NCBI GenBank assembly: GCA_020402945.1
Contig: JADBYQ010000010.1
Span: forward strand, 631 to 64,630
Length of the DNA: 64,000 bases
Reading direction: 5' to 3'
Origin: Cytophagales bacterium
GTDB lineage: Bacteria; Bacteroidota; Bacteroidia; Cytophagales; Cyclobacteriaceae
The notes beneath the pieces were generated by a model that searched no databases, was not told the DNA's origin, and saw only the letters and a program-made list of their open reading frames with translations. Below are positions 30,038-39,662 of this stretch, one piece after another; the stretch's first letter is position 1, and each line of letters starts with the position of its first letter. A program made the position numbers and the translations under genes.

Positions 30038-31960
30038 TTATTTATAACTACGTTGTGTCAATTTTACATTTTCAAATCGCAGTTCCTCTTTGTGAAGTTC
30101 TTCCGGTTGGTTCTCTCCCTTAAACTCCCAAGCAGACACAAAGGCATATTCATCGTCTTTACGCAACGCCTCTCCTTCTGGTGTCTGTGATTCTTCGCGG
30201 AAATGTCCACCACATGATTCGCCACGAGCTAATGCATCATCAACCATCAATTCACCGAGTTCAATAAAATCAGCAACCCGGTTTGCTTTTTCCAACTCTT
30301 GGTTGAGTTCATTGTTGCCACCCAGCACACAGACGTTTGTCCAAAATTCCTTTTTAATATCTTGAATAATCTGCTTTGCTTTTTTCAACCCTTGTTCACT
30401 ACGTGACATTCCGCAATACTCCCACATGGTCAATCCCAATTGGCGGTGGAATTCGTCTACCGTTTTCTTCCCTTTGATACTTACCAATTTATTCATTCTG
30501 TCGGTAGAACTTTGAATGGCTTCTTTGAAGGCTGGATGATCGGTTCCGATTTTATCAGCCCAACCAATATTAGCCAAGTAATCTCCAATCGTGTAAGGGA
30601 TAACAAAGTATCCGTCCGCCAGACCTTGCATGAGCGCACTTGCCCCTAATCTATTCGCACCGTGGTCTGAAAAATTCGCTTCACCCAAAGCATAGAGGCC
30701 AGGGATGTTTGTCATCAGGTTGTAATCCACCCACAGTCCACCCATGGTGTAATGCACAGCAGGATAAATCATCATCGGGCCTTTGTACGGATTCTCTCCT
30801 GTAATCTGAGCGTACATATCAAACAAGTTGCCATACTTCGCACGGATCGTTGCCTCTCCATCTCGCTTGATAGCATCTGTGAAATCAAGAAATACGGCTA
30901 AGCCAGAACCTACGCCTCGTCCCTCATCGCAAACAATTTTGGCATTGCGCGAAGCCACATCGCGTGGAACCAGGTTTCCAAAAGAAGGATATTTTCTTTC
31001 CAAGAAATAATCACGGTCGGCCTCTGGCAACTTCATGGCATCAATGCCTTTTAAACCCGGCATTGCCTTTTTCGGCACCCACACACGACCATCGTTCCGC
31101 AACGACTCTGACATCAAAGTAAGCTTCGATTGGTGATCGCCAGAGACTGGAATGCAAGTGGGGTGAATCTGTGTGAAACAAGGATTGCCAAACAAGGCGC
31201 CTTTCTTATGTGCTCGCCAAGCAGCTGTCACATTTGATCCTTTCGCATTTGTCGAAAGATAAAACACGTTTCCATATCCTCCGGTACACAGCAAAACTGC
31301 ATGCGCACTATGCGACTCAATCTTTCCGGTTAACAAATCACGGGTAATTATTCCGCGAGCCTTACCATCTACTACCACCACGTCCAACATTTCAGACCTA
31401 TTATACATGGTCACTTTACCATTTGCAATTTGACGGTTCAAGGCACCATAGGCACCCAATAACAATTGCTGTCCCGTTTGGCCACGAGCATAAAACGTTC
31501 TGGAAACTTGTGCGCCACCAAACGAACGATTCGCTAATAGTCCACCGTATTCACGGGCAAAAGGCACACCTTGAGCAACACACTGGTCAATAATACTCAC
31601 GCTTGTCTCAGCCAATCGATATACGTTTGCTTCGCGCGCTCTATAATCTCCCCCTTTAATCGTATCATAAAAAAGGCGATACACGCTATCGCCATCGTTT
31701 TGATAATTCTTAGCGGCATTGATACCTCCTTGTGCAGCAATACTATGTGCTCTCCGCGGGCTATCTTGAAAACAGAATGCTTTCACATTATAGCCCAACT
31801 CACCCAGCGCAGCAGCAGCCGATGCCCCTGCCAAACCGGTTCCAACCACAATCACTTCATACTTTCTTTTATTGGCAGGATTCACCAATTTCAAATTGAA
31901 CTTGTGCTTGGTCCACTTCTCTGCTAAGGGTCCTTCCGGGATTTTTGAATCGAGCTTCAT
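30038..31960 (-). CDS. sdhA: Succinate dehydrogenase/fumarate reductase flavoprotein subunit
   Basis: [39 protein letters not shown] and ESCGGHFR. Confidence 0.97.
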   Translation of the reverse strand: MKLDSKIPEGPLAEKWTKHKFNLKLVNPANKRKYEVIVVGTGLAGASAAAALGELGYNVKAFCFQDSPRRAHSIAAQGGINAAKNYQNDGDSVYRLFYDTIKGGDYRAREANVYRLAETSVSIIDQCVAQGVPFAREYGGLLANRSFGGAQVSRTFYARGQTGQQLLLGAYGALNRQIANGKVTMYNRSEMLDVVVVDGKARGIITRDLLTGKIESHSAHAVLLCTGGYGNVFYLSTNAKGSNVTAAWRAHKKGALFGNPCFTQIHPTCIPVSGDHQSKLTLMSESLRNDGRVWVPKKAMPGLKGIDAMKLPEADRDYFLERKYPSFGNLVPRDVASRNAKIVCDEGRGVGSGLAVFLDFTDAIKRDGEATIRAKYGNLFDMYAQITGENPYKGPMMIYPAVHYTMGGLWVDYNLMTNIPGLYALGEANFSDHGANRLGASALMQGLADGYFVIPYTIGDYLANIGWADKIGTDHPAFKEAIQSSTDRMNKLVSIKGKKTVDEFHRQLGLTMWEYCGMSRSEQGLKKAKQIIQDIKKEFWTNVCVLGGNNELNQELEKANRVADFIELGELMVDDALARGESCGGHFREESQTPEGEALRKDDEYAFVSAWEFKGENQPEELHKEELRFENVKLTQRSYK

Positions 31961-32000
31961 GATAAGTGATTAATAAGTTAATGTGATTTCAAACTTTTCG

Positions 32001-32711
32001 TTAAACAAAAAACATTACGATGGGGATTAGGGCAAATAATGCCGGAATCACAATAGAGAATGCTTTACCAACAAAACTAATAACAGGATTATACTTCATA
32101 TGGTTTAAGCCAAGTGTCTGAAATGCGCTTGCAAAGCCATGCCACAAATGGAAAGCGATCGCCACCATTGAAATACAATACAAGGCGACATACCACCATT
32201 GCGTAAACGCTGAGCCAACTACAGTGAAAAGATCTTTCACCTCATGATCGCCATACGTTTTGGTAGGCATTTCACCAAAATGCATCTGCCCCCAAAAATC
32301 TTTCATGTGGATCACCAGAAAAACTAAAATAATTGTTCCCAAAATACCCATGTTGCGTGCTGACCAAATCGATGACTTGGAGCTAGTGACAGCATAGCCT
32401 TCAGTCCCCCGGGCTTGACGATTCTTAATGGTGAGAAGCAAGGCCCAGCCTATGTGGAACAAGAAGAAGGCATAGTTCACATACGACACCATTTTAATAA
32501 GTGGATTATGCGTCATGAAATAGGCATAAACGTTAAACGCTTCGCCTCCATCATCTTTCAGAAGCTGAAGATTGCCAATTAAGTGAACCGTTAAAAAAAG
32601 GATAATAAAAAGACCGGTCAGAGCCATCACAACTTTACGACCGATGGAACTGGAAAAAAGGTCAATGAGCCATTTCATTTGAGAATATTTTTGTGTGATT
32701 GATACGATCAA
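32001..32711 (-). CDS. sdhC: Succinate dehydrogenase cytochrome b subunit
   Basis: SSIGRKVVMALTG...HLIGNL, five TM helices, FHLWHGF; first gene of the sdh operon. Confidence 0.95.
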   Translation of the reverse strand: MIVSITQKYSQMKWLIDLFSSSIGRKVVMALTGLFIILFLTVHLIGNLQLLKDDGGEAFNVYAYFMTHNPLIKMVSYVNYAFFLFHIGWALLLTIKNRQARGTEGYAVTSSKSSIWSARNMGILGTIILVFLVIHMKDFWGQMHFGEMPTKTYGDHEVKDLFTVVGSAFTQWWYVALYCISMVAIAFHLWHGFASAFQTLGLNHMKYNPVISFVGKAFSIVIPALFALIPIVMFFV

Positions 32712-32816
32712 AAATACTCCGCAAAGGATTACGAAACAATTATCTTTTTAAACCCACAGGCTACAAAATGGCACCAGGCCAAAAAAATCCGGGTGTCAGT
32801 CGACTATACCAAAACT

Positions 32817-32924
32817 TTAACTTAACTCGAAAAGAATGACAATCAAGGCGATTGTCGCTACCATTATCAAAAGGAACCATTCTCTCTGCACGAAGGCCAC
32901 AATCTTGTTAATCAGGGTTTTCAT
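32817..32924 (-). CDS. Putative 35 aa single-pass membrane protein
   Basis: Manual translation MKTLINKIVAFVQREWFLLIMVATIALIVILFELS*; below the ORF-track cutoff. Confidence 0.55.
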   Translation of the reverse strand: MKTLINKIVAFVQREWFLLIMVATIALIVILFELS

Positions 32925-33116
32925 TGTTGTTAAGTTGAACATGCATGGTATATAGCCAACTGGAAACCAAAAAATTAAAATATCTGATTATCTGATAGTT
33001 ATGATAAAATGTATCTGGTGTTTATTCATTAATGGGATATCATTCCACATATGGGACAATTGGCGTGCTCGTATGTATATTCTATTTTTACCGCTTACAA
33101 CCACTAATTGTAAAAC

Positions 33117-36100
33117 ATGTATTTGATTTTCGACACGGAAACCACCGGGCTTCCGAGAAATAAGAACGCGCCTTTAACTGATTTCGAAAATTGGCCTCGC
33201 CTGGTGCAGCTCGCCTGGCAGTTGCATGATGGGAAAGGTAATCTTCTGTCGCAACAAAATTTTATCATCAAGCCCGAGGGATTTGACATACCCTTTAAGG
33301 CAGAGCAGGTGCATGGAATCTCCACCAGCCGTGCTATAGAAGAAGGGCACGACTTAAAGTCGGTGCTCGCTCACTTCTCGTCAGATGTCGAAAAAACAGA
33401 AGTACTCGTTGGGCATAACATTGAATTTGACATCTCCATCATTGGCGCAGAGTTACTCCGATCTCTCCTTTCAACCGAGCGTTTTCTCTCACTTCAAAAG
33501 GTGGATACCGGGCTTTCATCGATTGAATTCTGTCAATTAGCGGGAGGCGTGGGTGGCAGATTGAAAATGCCGCGCCTTTCAGAGTTGTATGAAAAACTTT
33601 TTGGCGAGAACTTTCAAGATGCCCACGATGCAGCCTACGATGTAGACGCAACGGCCAAATCGTTCTTTGGGCTGCTCGAAAACAGAGTTCTTTCCCCATA
33701 TGATGCAACTGACATTAACGATATCGTCTACCAGCATCCAACGCTAGATGCAGGTAATTCAACAAAAAGGGTAAAAGCAAAAGGGGTCGATTACAGTGAC
33801 GCGAAGGAAACTCAACTGACAAACAAACCATTTGTTCACCTCCATGTTCATTCACAGTATTCCGTATTGCAAGCTGTACCCGATGTAGCTGAATTAGTAG
33901 CGAAAGCGAAAGCCAATCACATGGAGTCGTTGGCTCTCACCGACTTTGGCAATATGTATGGCGCTTTCAAATTTGTTAGCGAGGCCTTGAAGCACAATAT
34001 CAAACCCATTGTAGGTTGTGAGTTTTTTGTATCTGAAGAAAGGAAGACACTTAAGTTTACAAAAGACAATCCAGACAAAAGATTTCAGCAGGTACTATTC
34101 GCAAAAAACAAAGCAGGCTATCAACATCTGGCAAAACTAAGTTCGATCGGGTTTATCGAAGGGCTTTATGGAATTTATCCGCGTATCGACAGGCAACTTA
34201 TCACTCAATACAAGGACGGATTGATCGCTACCACCGGAAGTCTGCTAGGAGAAGTTCCGTATCTGATTTTACACGTAGGCGAGCGCCAGGCAGAAGAAGC
34301 ATTCAAATGGTGGCACCAACTATTCGGGGCTGATTTTTATATTGAACTGAACCGGCATGGGATGCCTGAAGAAGATCGGGTGAACGAAACCCTTCTAAAG
34401 TTCGCTCATAAATACAACGTCCGCTACTTCGCTGCCAACGAGTGTTTCTATTTGGAAAAAGAAGAATCGAATGCCCATGACGTACTCCTTTGCATCAAAG
34501 AAGGCGAATTTCAGTCAACACCCATTGGGCACGGAAGGGGAACCCGGTACGGGTTAACTAACAATCAATTCTATTTCAAATCGCAGGATGAAATGAAATC
34601 GCTTTTTCGCGATATGCCGGAAGCGATTGAAACCATCAACGAAATCATAGATAAGGTAGAGAAATATGAGCTCAAGAGAGATGTGCTTCTTCCGAAGTTT
34701 ACCATCCCTGCTGAATTCTCTACTGAAGACGAGTATCTCCGCTTTCTCACTTACGAAGGAGCTAAGAAACGATATCCCACACTAACACCAGAAACGAAAG
34801 AAAGAATTGATTTTGAATTAGAAACGATAAAGAAAACCGGCTACCCCGGCTATTTTTTGATCGTTCAGGATTTCACTTCGAAAGCACGCGAAATGGGCGT
34901 GTCCGTTGGCCCGGGACGTGGATCGGCAGCAGGATCAGCCGTTGCCTATTGCATCGGAATTACTAATGTAGACCCCATTGCTTACGATCTACTCTTTGAG
35001 CGTTTTCTAAATCCCGATCGTGTTTCTCTGCCAGATATTGATATTGACTTTGACGATGAAGGACGCGACAAAGTATTGCAATACGTGATCGAAAAGTATG
35101 GCCACAACCAAGTGGCACAAATCATTACCTACGGCACCATGGCAGCCAAGTCATCCATTCGCGACTGCGCGCGTGTGATGGAATTACCGCTGACAGAATC
35201 GAACAATTTGGCCAAGCTCGTCCCCGAGCGCCCGGGCACTACGCTGGCAAAGGCGTTTGAAGAAGTAAAAGAACTCAGCGATGTAAAAAAGGGAACCGAC
35301 TTAAAGGCACAGGTTTTAAAGCAAGCCGTCATCCTAGAAGGCTCTCTTCGCAATACAGGAACGCATGCCTGTGGTGTCATCATTACACCCGATGATCTCA
35401 CCAAGTTTGTACCGGTTTCTACCGCTAAAGATTCTTCGATGCTGGTCACTCAATTCGACAACAGCGTGGTAGAAAGTGCAGGCATGTTGAAAATGGACTT
35501 TTTAGGGTTGACTACCCTCACCATTATTACTACCGCGATTAGAAACATAAAGAAGCGCAAGGGAATCAGCATCGACATCGATCAGATTCCCTTGAACGAT
35601 TTAAAAACGTATCAACTCTACCAACGTGGAGAAACCACCGGCACCTTTCAGTTCGAATCGGATGGTATGCAAGCCTATCTAAAAGGGTTAAAGCCAGATA
35701 AGTTTGAAGACCTCATCGCGATGAATGCCTTGTACCGGCCTGGTCCGATGGAATACATCCCTAATTTCATTGCTAGAAAGCATGGTCGTGAGCCCATCAA
35801 ATACGACTTACCAGAAATGGAGGAGTATTTGAAAGATACCTATGGCATTACCGTTTATCAGGAACAGGTGATGTTGCTTTCGCAAAAGCTTGCCAATTTT
35901 TCAAAGGGCGATGCCGATGTGTTGCGTAAAGCGATGGGAAAGAAGCAGAAAGACGTTCTCGATAAAATGAAAAGCAAGTTTGTCGAAGGATGTAAAAAGA
36001 ACAATCACGATGAGCGCATCTCTGAAAAAATATGGAAAGACTGGGAAGCTTTTGCACAATATGCGTTCAACAAATCACACTCTACCTGCTACTCATTAGT

Positions 36101-37403
36101 TGCCTATCACACGGCTTTTCTAAAAGCCAACTACCCGGCTGAGTACATGGCGGCTGTGTTAACGCATTCACAAAGCAACCTGGATAGCGTTACCTATTTT
36201 ATTGAAGAATGTAGAAAACAAAATATAGAAGTACTAGGCCCACACGTGAACGAATCGGGTGTTTACTTTGAAGTAAATAAAGAAGGGAAAATTAGATTTG
36301 GTTTGGGCGCGATCAAAGGCGCAGGGGATGCGGCAGTTGAGGCCATCATTCAAGAGCGCGAAGCCAAAGGTGCTTTCAAAGATATTTTTGAATTTGCGAA
36401 ACGACTCAGTCAACGAGCGGTTAATAAAAAAACATTTGAATGCCTCGCGTTGTCGGGAGCGTTTGATTGCTTCCCGGAATATCACAGGAGACAATATATT
36501 GCCGCGAAGGACGGAGATATCTCACTGACGGAGAAAGTCATTAAGTACTCCGCCAAAATACAACAAGAATCGCAGAGCGCACAGGCTAGTTTATTTGGCG
36601 GTGCCAGCGGCACACAAATGCCGCTACCAAAGATTGACCCCATCGAGCCTTTCAGCGAAATCGAAAAACTACATTTTGAAAAAGAAGTAGTGGGCGTATA
36701 TATCTCAGGACATCCACTCGACAATTTCAAGTTTGAGATGGAAGTTTTCTGCAATACACCGGTGGCTTCCCTAACTGAACTTGAGGGTAACGAAGGCAAA
36801 GAATGTAAAGTGGGTGGAAATGTAGCTTCTGTAGAACATCGCATGACAAAAACGGGGCGGCCTTTTGGAAAGTTATTCTTAGAAGACTACAGTGGAAAAA
36901 GTGAGATCGTGCTGTGGAGTGACGATTACCTGAAGTTCAAATCGTTTTTGATGCCCGGTCTGTTCTTATTTATTGAGGGTAACATCGTCCGCAAATCCTG
37001 GGGCGAACAAAACCTGGAGTTTAAAATCCGGTCTGTCGATTTGCTCAATGAACTCGCAACTAAAAAGGTAAACGGCCTTGCTCTTCGATTTGACGTGCAG
37101 TCAGTGACATCACAATTCATAGACTCGATCGACAAGCTATGTAAAAAGAATGCGGGTAGTGCTGCACTGCGGATGTATTTGAAAGACGAAGGCGCTTCGC
37201 TACAAGCAGAGGTTCTTTCCCGTTCTGCCCGGATTAAACCAACCAATTTACTGATCAACGAATTAAAACGTTTGGCGGATGTCGGTGTAGTAACCGACAA
37301 ACAAGAAGTAAGGTGGCTGACCGAGCAACCGCTAAAGCTGAGTCAAAAAACGGAGGTTGGGACAATCTCTCCTGACTTTGTCTTGGAGGAAGTTGAGGTT
37401 TAA
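33117..37403 (+). CDS. dnaE: DNA polymerase III alpha subunit with N-terminal DnaQ-like 3'-5' exonuclease
   Basis: DTETTG...HNIEFD...HDAAYDV exonuclease; HLHVHSQYS PHP domain; GPGRGSAAGS, PDIDIDFD, KMDFLGL and YAFNKSH. Confidence 0.98.
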   Translation: MYLIFDTETTGLPRNKNAPLTDFENWPRLVQLAWQLHDGKGNLLSQQNFIIKPEGFDIPFKAEQVHGISTSRAIEEGHDLKSVLAHFSSDVEKTEVLVGHNIEFDISIIGAELLRSLLSTERFLSLQKVDTGLSSIEFCQLAGGVGGRLKMPRLSELYEKLFGENFQDAHDAAYDVDATAKSFFGLLENRVLSPYDATDINDIVYQHPTLDAGNSTKRVKAKGVDYSDAKETQLTNKPFVHLHVHSQYSVLQAVPDVAELVAKAKANHMESLALTDFGNMYGAFKFVSEALKHNIKPIVGCEFFVSEERKTLKFTKDNPDKRFQQVLFAKNKAGYQHLAKLSSIGFIEGLYGIYPRIDRQLITQYKDGLIATTGSLLGEVPYLILHVGERQAEEAFKWWHQLFGADFYIELNRHGMPEEDRVNETLLKFAHKYNVRYFAANECFYLEKEESNAHDVLLCIKEGEFQSTPIGHGRGTRYGLTNNQFYFKSQDEMKSLFRDMPEAIETINEIIDKVEKYELKRDVLLPKFTIPAEFSTEDEYLRFLTYEGAKKRYPTLTPETKERIDFELETIKKTGYPGYFLIVQDFTSKAREMGVSVGPGRGSAAGSAVAYCIGITNVDPIAYDLLFERFLNPDRVSLPDIDIDFDDEGRDKVLQYVIEKYGHNQVAQIITYGTMAAKSSIRDCARVMELPLTESNNLAKLVPERPGTTLAKAFEEVKELSDVKKGTDLKAQVLKQAVILEGSLRNTGTHACGVIITPDDLTKFVPVSTAKDSSMLVTQFDNSVVESAGMLKMDFLGLTTLTIITTAIRNIKKRKGISIDIDQIPLNDLKTYQLYQRGETTGTFQFESDGMQAYLKGLKPDKFEDLIAMNALYRPGPMEYIPNFIARKHGREPIKYDLPEMEEYLKDTYGITVYQEQVMLLSQKLANFSKGDADVLRKAMGKKQKDVLDKMKSKFVEGCKKNNHDERISEKIWKDWEAFAQYAFNKSHSTCYSLVAYHTAFLKANYPAEYMAAVLTHSQSNLDSVTYFIEECRKQNIEVLGPHVNESGVYFEVNKEGKIRFGLGAIKGAGDAAVEAIIQEREAKGAFKDIFEFAKRLSQRAVNKKTFECLALSGAFDCFPEYHRRQYIAAKDGDISLTEKVIKYSAKIQQESQSAQASLFGGASGTQMPLPKIDPIEPFSEIEKLHFEKEVVGVYISGHPLDNFKFEMEVFCNTPVASLTELEGNEGKECKVGGNVASVEHRMTKTGRPFGKLFLEDYSGKSEIVLWSDDYLKFKSFLMPGLFLFIEGNIVRKSWGEQNLEFKIRSVDLLNELATKKVNGLALRFDVQSVTSQFIDSIDKLCKKNAGSAALRMYLKDEGASLQAEVLSRSARIKPTNLLINELKRLADVGVVTDKQEVRWLTEQPLKLSQKTEVGTISPDFVLEEVEV
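37317..37403 (+). repeat. dnaE 3'-end direct repeat, copy 1 (in the active gene)
   Basis: Encodes LTEQPLKLSQKTEVGTISPDFVLEEVEV*; 72 of 87 nt identical to 39663-39749. Confidence 0.92.
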
Positions 37404-37501
37404 CAACTATTTGCGGTGCAACTCGAGTTGGCACCTTTACAAACGCACATCAACAGGGAGGATGTGACTTAGGTCAGCATCGCATGAATGTAATGTTAAA
37501 T

Positions 37502-37861
37502 TCAACTTATTTTGCCAATACCCAATTGGAAACATAAAGCATCCAATATTTCGAATTGAAGTTTGGACTCTGTTATTTGTCCGTAGATTTTGCTCAATCT
37601 TCTTTTATCAACCGTTCGGATTTGATGGCACAGTACGATGGACTCATTTGACAAACCAAATTGACCCGCAGTAACCAATGCTTCATTTGGATAAATCAAT
37701 CTGCCTGGCTTTCTCGAAGTAATCGGTAGCACGTTAACGATATTCAGAAGCTCATTAATTTGGTCTTCACTGATAATCAATACTGGCCTAGATTTCCCTT
37801 GCTCAGAGCCTACTACCGGATCAAGATCTGCTTTACAAATAGACCATTTTTTGAAAATCAT
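37502..37861 (-). CDS. PemK/MazF family endoribonuclease toxin
   Basis: ADLDPVVGSEQGKSRPVLIIS, VLPITS, LCHQIRTVDKRRL. Confidence 0.93.
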   Translation of the reverse strand: MIFKKWSICKADLDPVVGSEQGKSRPVLIISEDQINELLNIVNVLPITSRKPGRLIYPNEALVTAGQFGLSNESIVLCHQIRTVDKRRLSKIYGQITESKLQFEILDALCFQLGIGKIS

Positions 37862-38082
37862 TAACCCTCATTGTCGATCGGGCTGAAATCATTCCTTACC
37901 GCCTCTACATCTGCCAAAAAAAGTGGGTCGGTAGCTGCCTGTTTTAACAACAATAACTTGGTGGCTGTACTATCCGTAACATCATCTATAGTGACAAGTA
38001 CTTTCATCTTGTTTTTGAATTGCTTAGGCAGGTGAATGATAAGCTGGTTATCGATTACCTCGTATATGCTTCTATGGCTCAT
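37861..38082 (-). CDS. Putative antitoxin of the MazF-family toxin
   Basis: 73 aa, coupled to the toxin start, AbrB-like IIHLPKQF...VLVTI N-terminus and acidic C-terminus. Confidence 0.7.
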   Translation of the reverse strand: MSHRSIYEVIDNQLIIHLPKQFKNKMKVLVTIDDVTDSTATKLLLLKQAATDPLFLADVEAVRNDFSPIDNEG

Positions 38083-38118
38083 TTGTTTTTTTCTGGAACA
38101 AAGTTAAAGAATTTTCGC

Positions 38119-38307
38119 TTACGTCTTGGTAATACATTGCTGCGCCAATAGTTTTCGTAAACTGTTTTCTTCGCGGTTCCTTATACGCGGAGTCCCCGAA
38201 GCGGGAGACTCCGCTGCGAAGTGGATCCCATAGATCAAATTCAAGACCCTATCATCAGCATGGTTAATGTACTCATGCAATGCTTCTCTGATTTGTGCTG
38301 ATCCCAT
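38119..38307 (-). pseudogene. Probable truncated antitoxin-like gene fused to a hairpin element
   Basis: N-terminal MGSAQIREALHEYINHADDRVLNLIYG looks like a real helical protein; the rest reads through the 38187-38214 inverted repeat. Confidence 0.45.
38187..38214. repeat. REP-like GC-rich hairpin
   Basis: GCGGAGTC-CCC-GAAGC-GGG-A-GACTCCGC. Confidence 0.6.
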
Positions 38308-38400
38308 AACCTATTTGTTTGATACTACAAAAATAGCGATTTCATGATTCTTCCAGATTTCAGGTGCATCTGCGTCTTATGATTCATTATCATCAATTGA

Positions 38401-38778
38401 TCACTGTAGTGCATAGGGATTAATCAATTGCAAACCTTCAATGTTTTGAAAGTCACTGGTATTTCTAGAAATCAATATCTGATTATTAACCAGGGCGGTG
38501 GCTGCAATAATGGAATCGGGTAATTTGATGTTATGCTGTTGCCTTATACCTATAGCCCTTAAGGCAATAGCTTGATTGATGTTATCGTAAACGGTGGAGG
38601 TATTAACGAAACCTTCCAATGCCCTCCTCTCCTTGTCGGGAATCTTACTGCTTGCAAAAAGTTCAATGCGAGTAATCACAGACATGGCAGGATCAATTCC
38701 ATTCAATAAATTTCTAGCCTTTGAAGGGAGCTTTGCATTGCAAAAATCGATTACTACATTGGTATCCAGCAAGTACAT
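38401..38778 (-). CDS. PIN-domain (VapC-like) toxin
   Basis: YLLDTNVVID, SVITRIEL, LPDSIIAATA and LISRNTSDF. Confidence 0.93.
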   Translation of the reverse strand: MYLLDTNVVIDFCNAKLPSKARNLLNGIDPAMSVITRIELFASSKIPDKERRALEGFVNTSTVYDNINQAIALRAIGIRQQHNIKLPDSIIAATALVNNQILISRNTSDFQNIEGLQLINPYALQ

Positions 38779-38783
38779 AATCG

Positions 38784-39032
38784 TCAAAGCTGCTTTTTGA
38801 GTCTGCCTTCCCAACTATCGCGACTTTCGGTCACTGCATTATGCAACTCATCAGCAGTTTCATCGCTTAAGGTTCCCCAAAAGTCGGACATTTTCATTTT
38901 TGGTTCTACACTTTTTTCTTTCGACACCTCATCTACCGCATAAAACAATATTTCTATTTCCTTGCCGATGTAGCTGGCGGGTATAGCCAATTGGTAGCTA
39001 TTGGTTTTTGGTATGGCGATGGTCTTGATCAT
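38784..39032 (-). CDS. Putative VapB-like antitoxin
   Basis: 82 aa directly upstream of the PIN toxin; LAIPASYIGKEIEIL and SDFWGTLS...SRDSW. Confidence 0.75.
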   Translation of the reverse strand: MIKTIAIPKTNSYQLAIPASYIGKEIEILFYAVDEVSKEKSVEPKMKMSDFWGTLSDETADELHNAVTESRDSWEGRLKKQL

Positions 39033-39191
39033 ATTATCTGCTTATTTAATTAATAGTTGTTACTGTAAATCTACTAAATAAATGCCTCTTGAACGGGTAC
39101 CTTTCTGACAGGCAACAAAGGAGGCTTTGTCGGAATTCAGTTAGCAAAAGCGCGCATTGCAGAGGCTGCGCGAAAATGAAGAAAAGTTTAA

Positions 39192-39494
39192 CTATTGTTT
39201 CAAATCCAAATCTCTTTTTAGAAAATCAGCAAGCGCGATATGATAGAGCGATTTTCCTTTTTTCACTTGCCTGGCATACTGCTTCTGCATGGAAACATCT
39301 GCTAATACAGATCGCGCATAGCTTACGGCTTGCTTAAATCGTTTGTTTGCCTTTTTTTGGTTGGCGGTTAGCTTTACCTTTCTTCTGTCCGGCATCTTGG
39401 ATACTACCGTTCCATATTTATACTGTTCAAAAAGCAGCCGGTCAATACGACCGCTAAAGCCCTCTACCAATACATTAGTTTTCAATCGTGCCAT
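39192..39494 (-). CDS. Small basic hypothetical protein
   Basis: MARLKTNVLVEGFSGRI...QKKANKRFKQAVSYARSVL...SLYHIALADFL; strongly basic. Confidence 0.75.
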   Translation of the reverse strand: MARLKTNVLVEGFSGRIDRLLFEQYKYGTVVSKMPDRRKVKLTANQKKANKRFKQAVSYARSVLADVSMQKQYARQVKKGKSLYHIALADFLKRDLDLKQ

Positions 39495-39542
39495 ATAGCC
39501 ATGACTTTAGTTAAGGTACGTACAATTCGGGTAATATCCAAT

Positions 39543-39575
39543 CATAAGCCGTTCGTTAACCGTTCATAAGCCGTT
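39543..39575. repeat. Three tandem 11 bp units
   Basis: CATAAGCCGTT / CGTTAACCGTT / CATAAGCCGTT. Confidence 0.7.
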
Positions 39576-39662
39576 ATTGCTGGCTATTCCTCCCTTGCGA
39601 ACCACCTGTAAAAACCCTAGAAAGATGTAGCAAGTCGAGCCTGACGGATGACCTTCATGACG

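Larger units (their letters stand above)
37404..39662. mobile_element. Toxin-antitoxin genomic islet inserted between dnaE and trxA
   Basis: Bounded by the diverged dnaE 3' direct repeats; all genes lie on the opposite strand to dnaE/trxA; carries MazF and PIN modules; no integrase or transposase. Confidence 0.75.

Noticed and set aside
33117-37403. Intein or unusual fusion in the long DnaE
   Set aside because: The extra length is explained by the N-terminal DnaQ-like exonuclease usual in Bacteroidota; no intein splice motifs or LAGLIDADG block seen.
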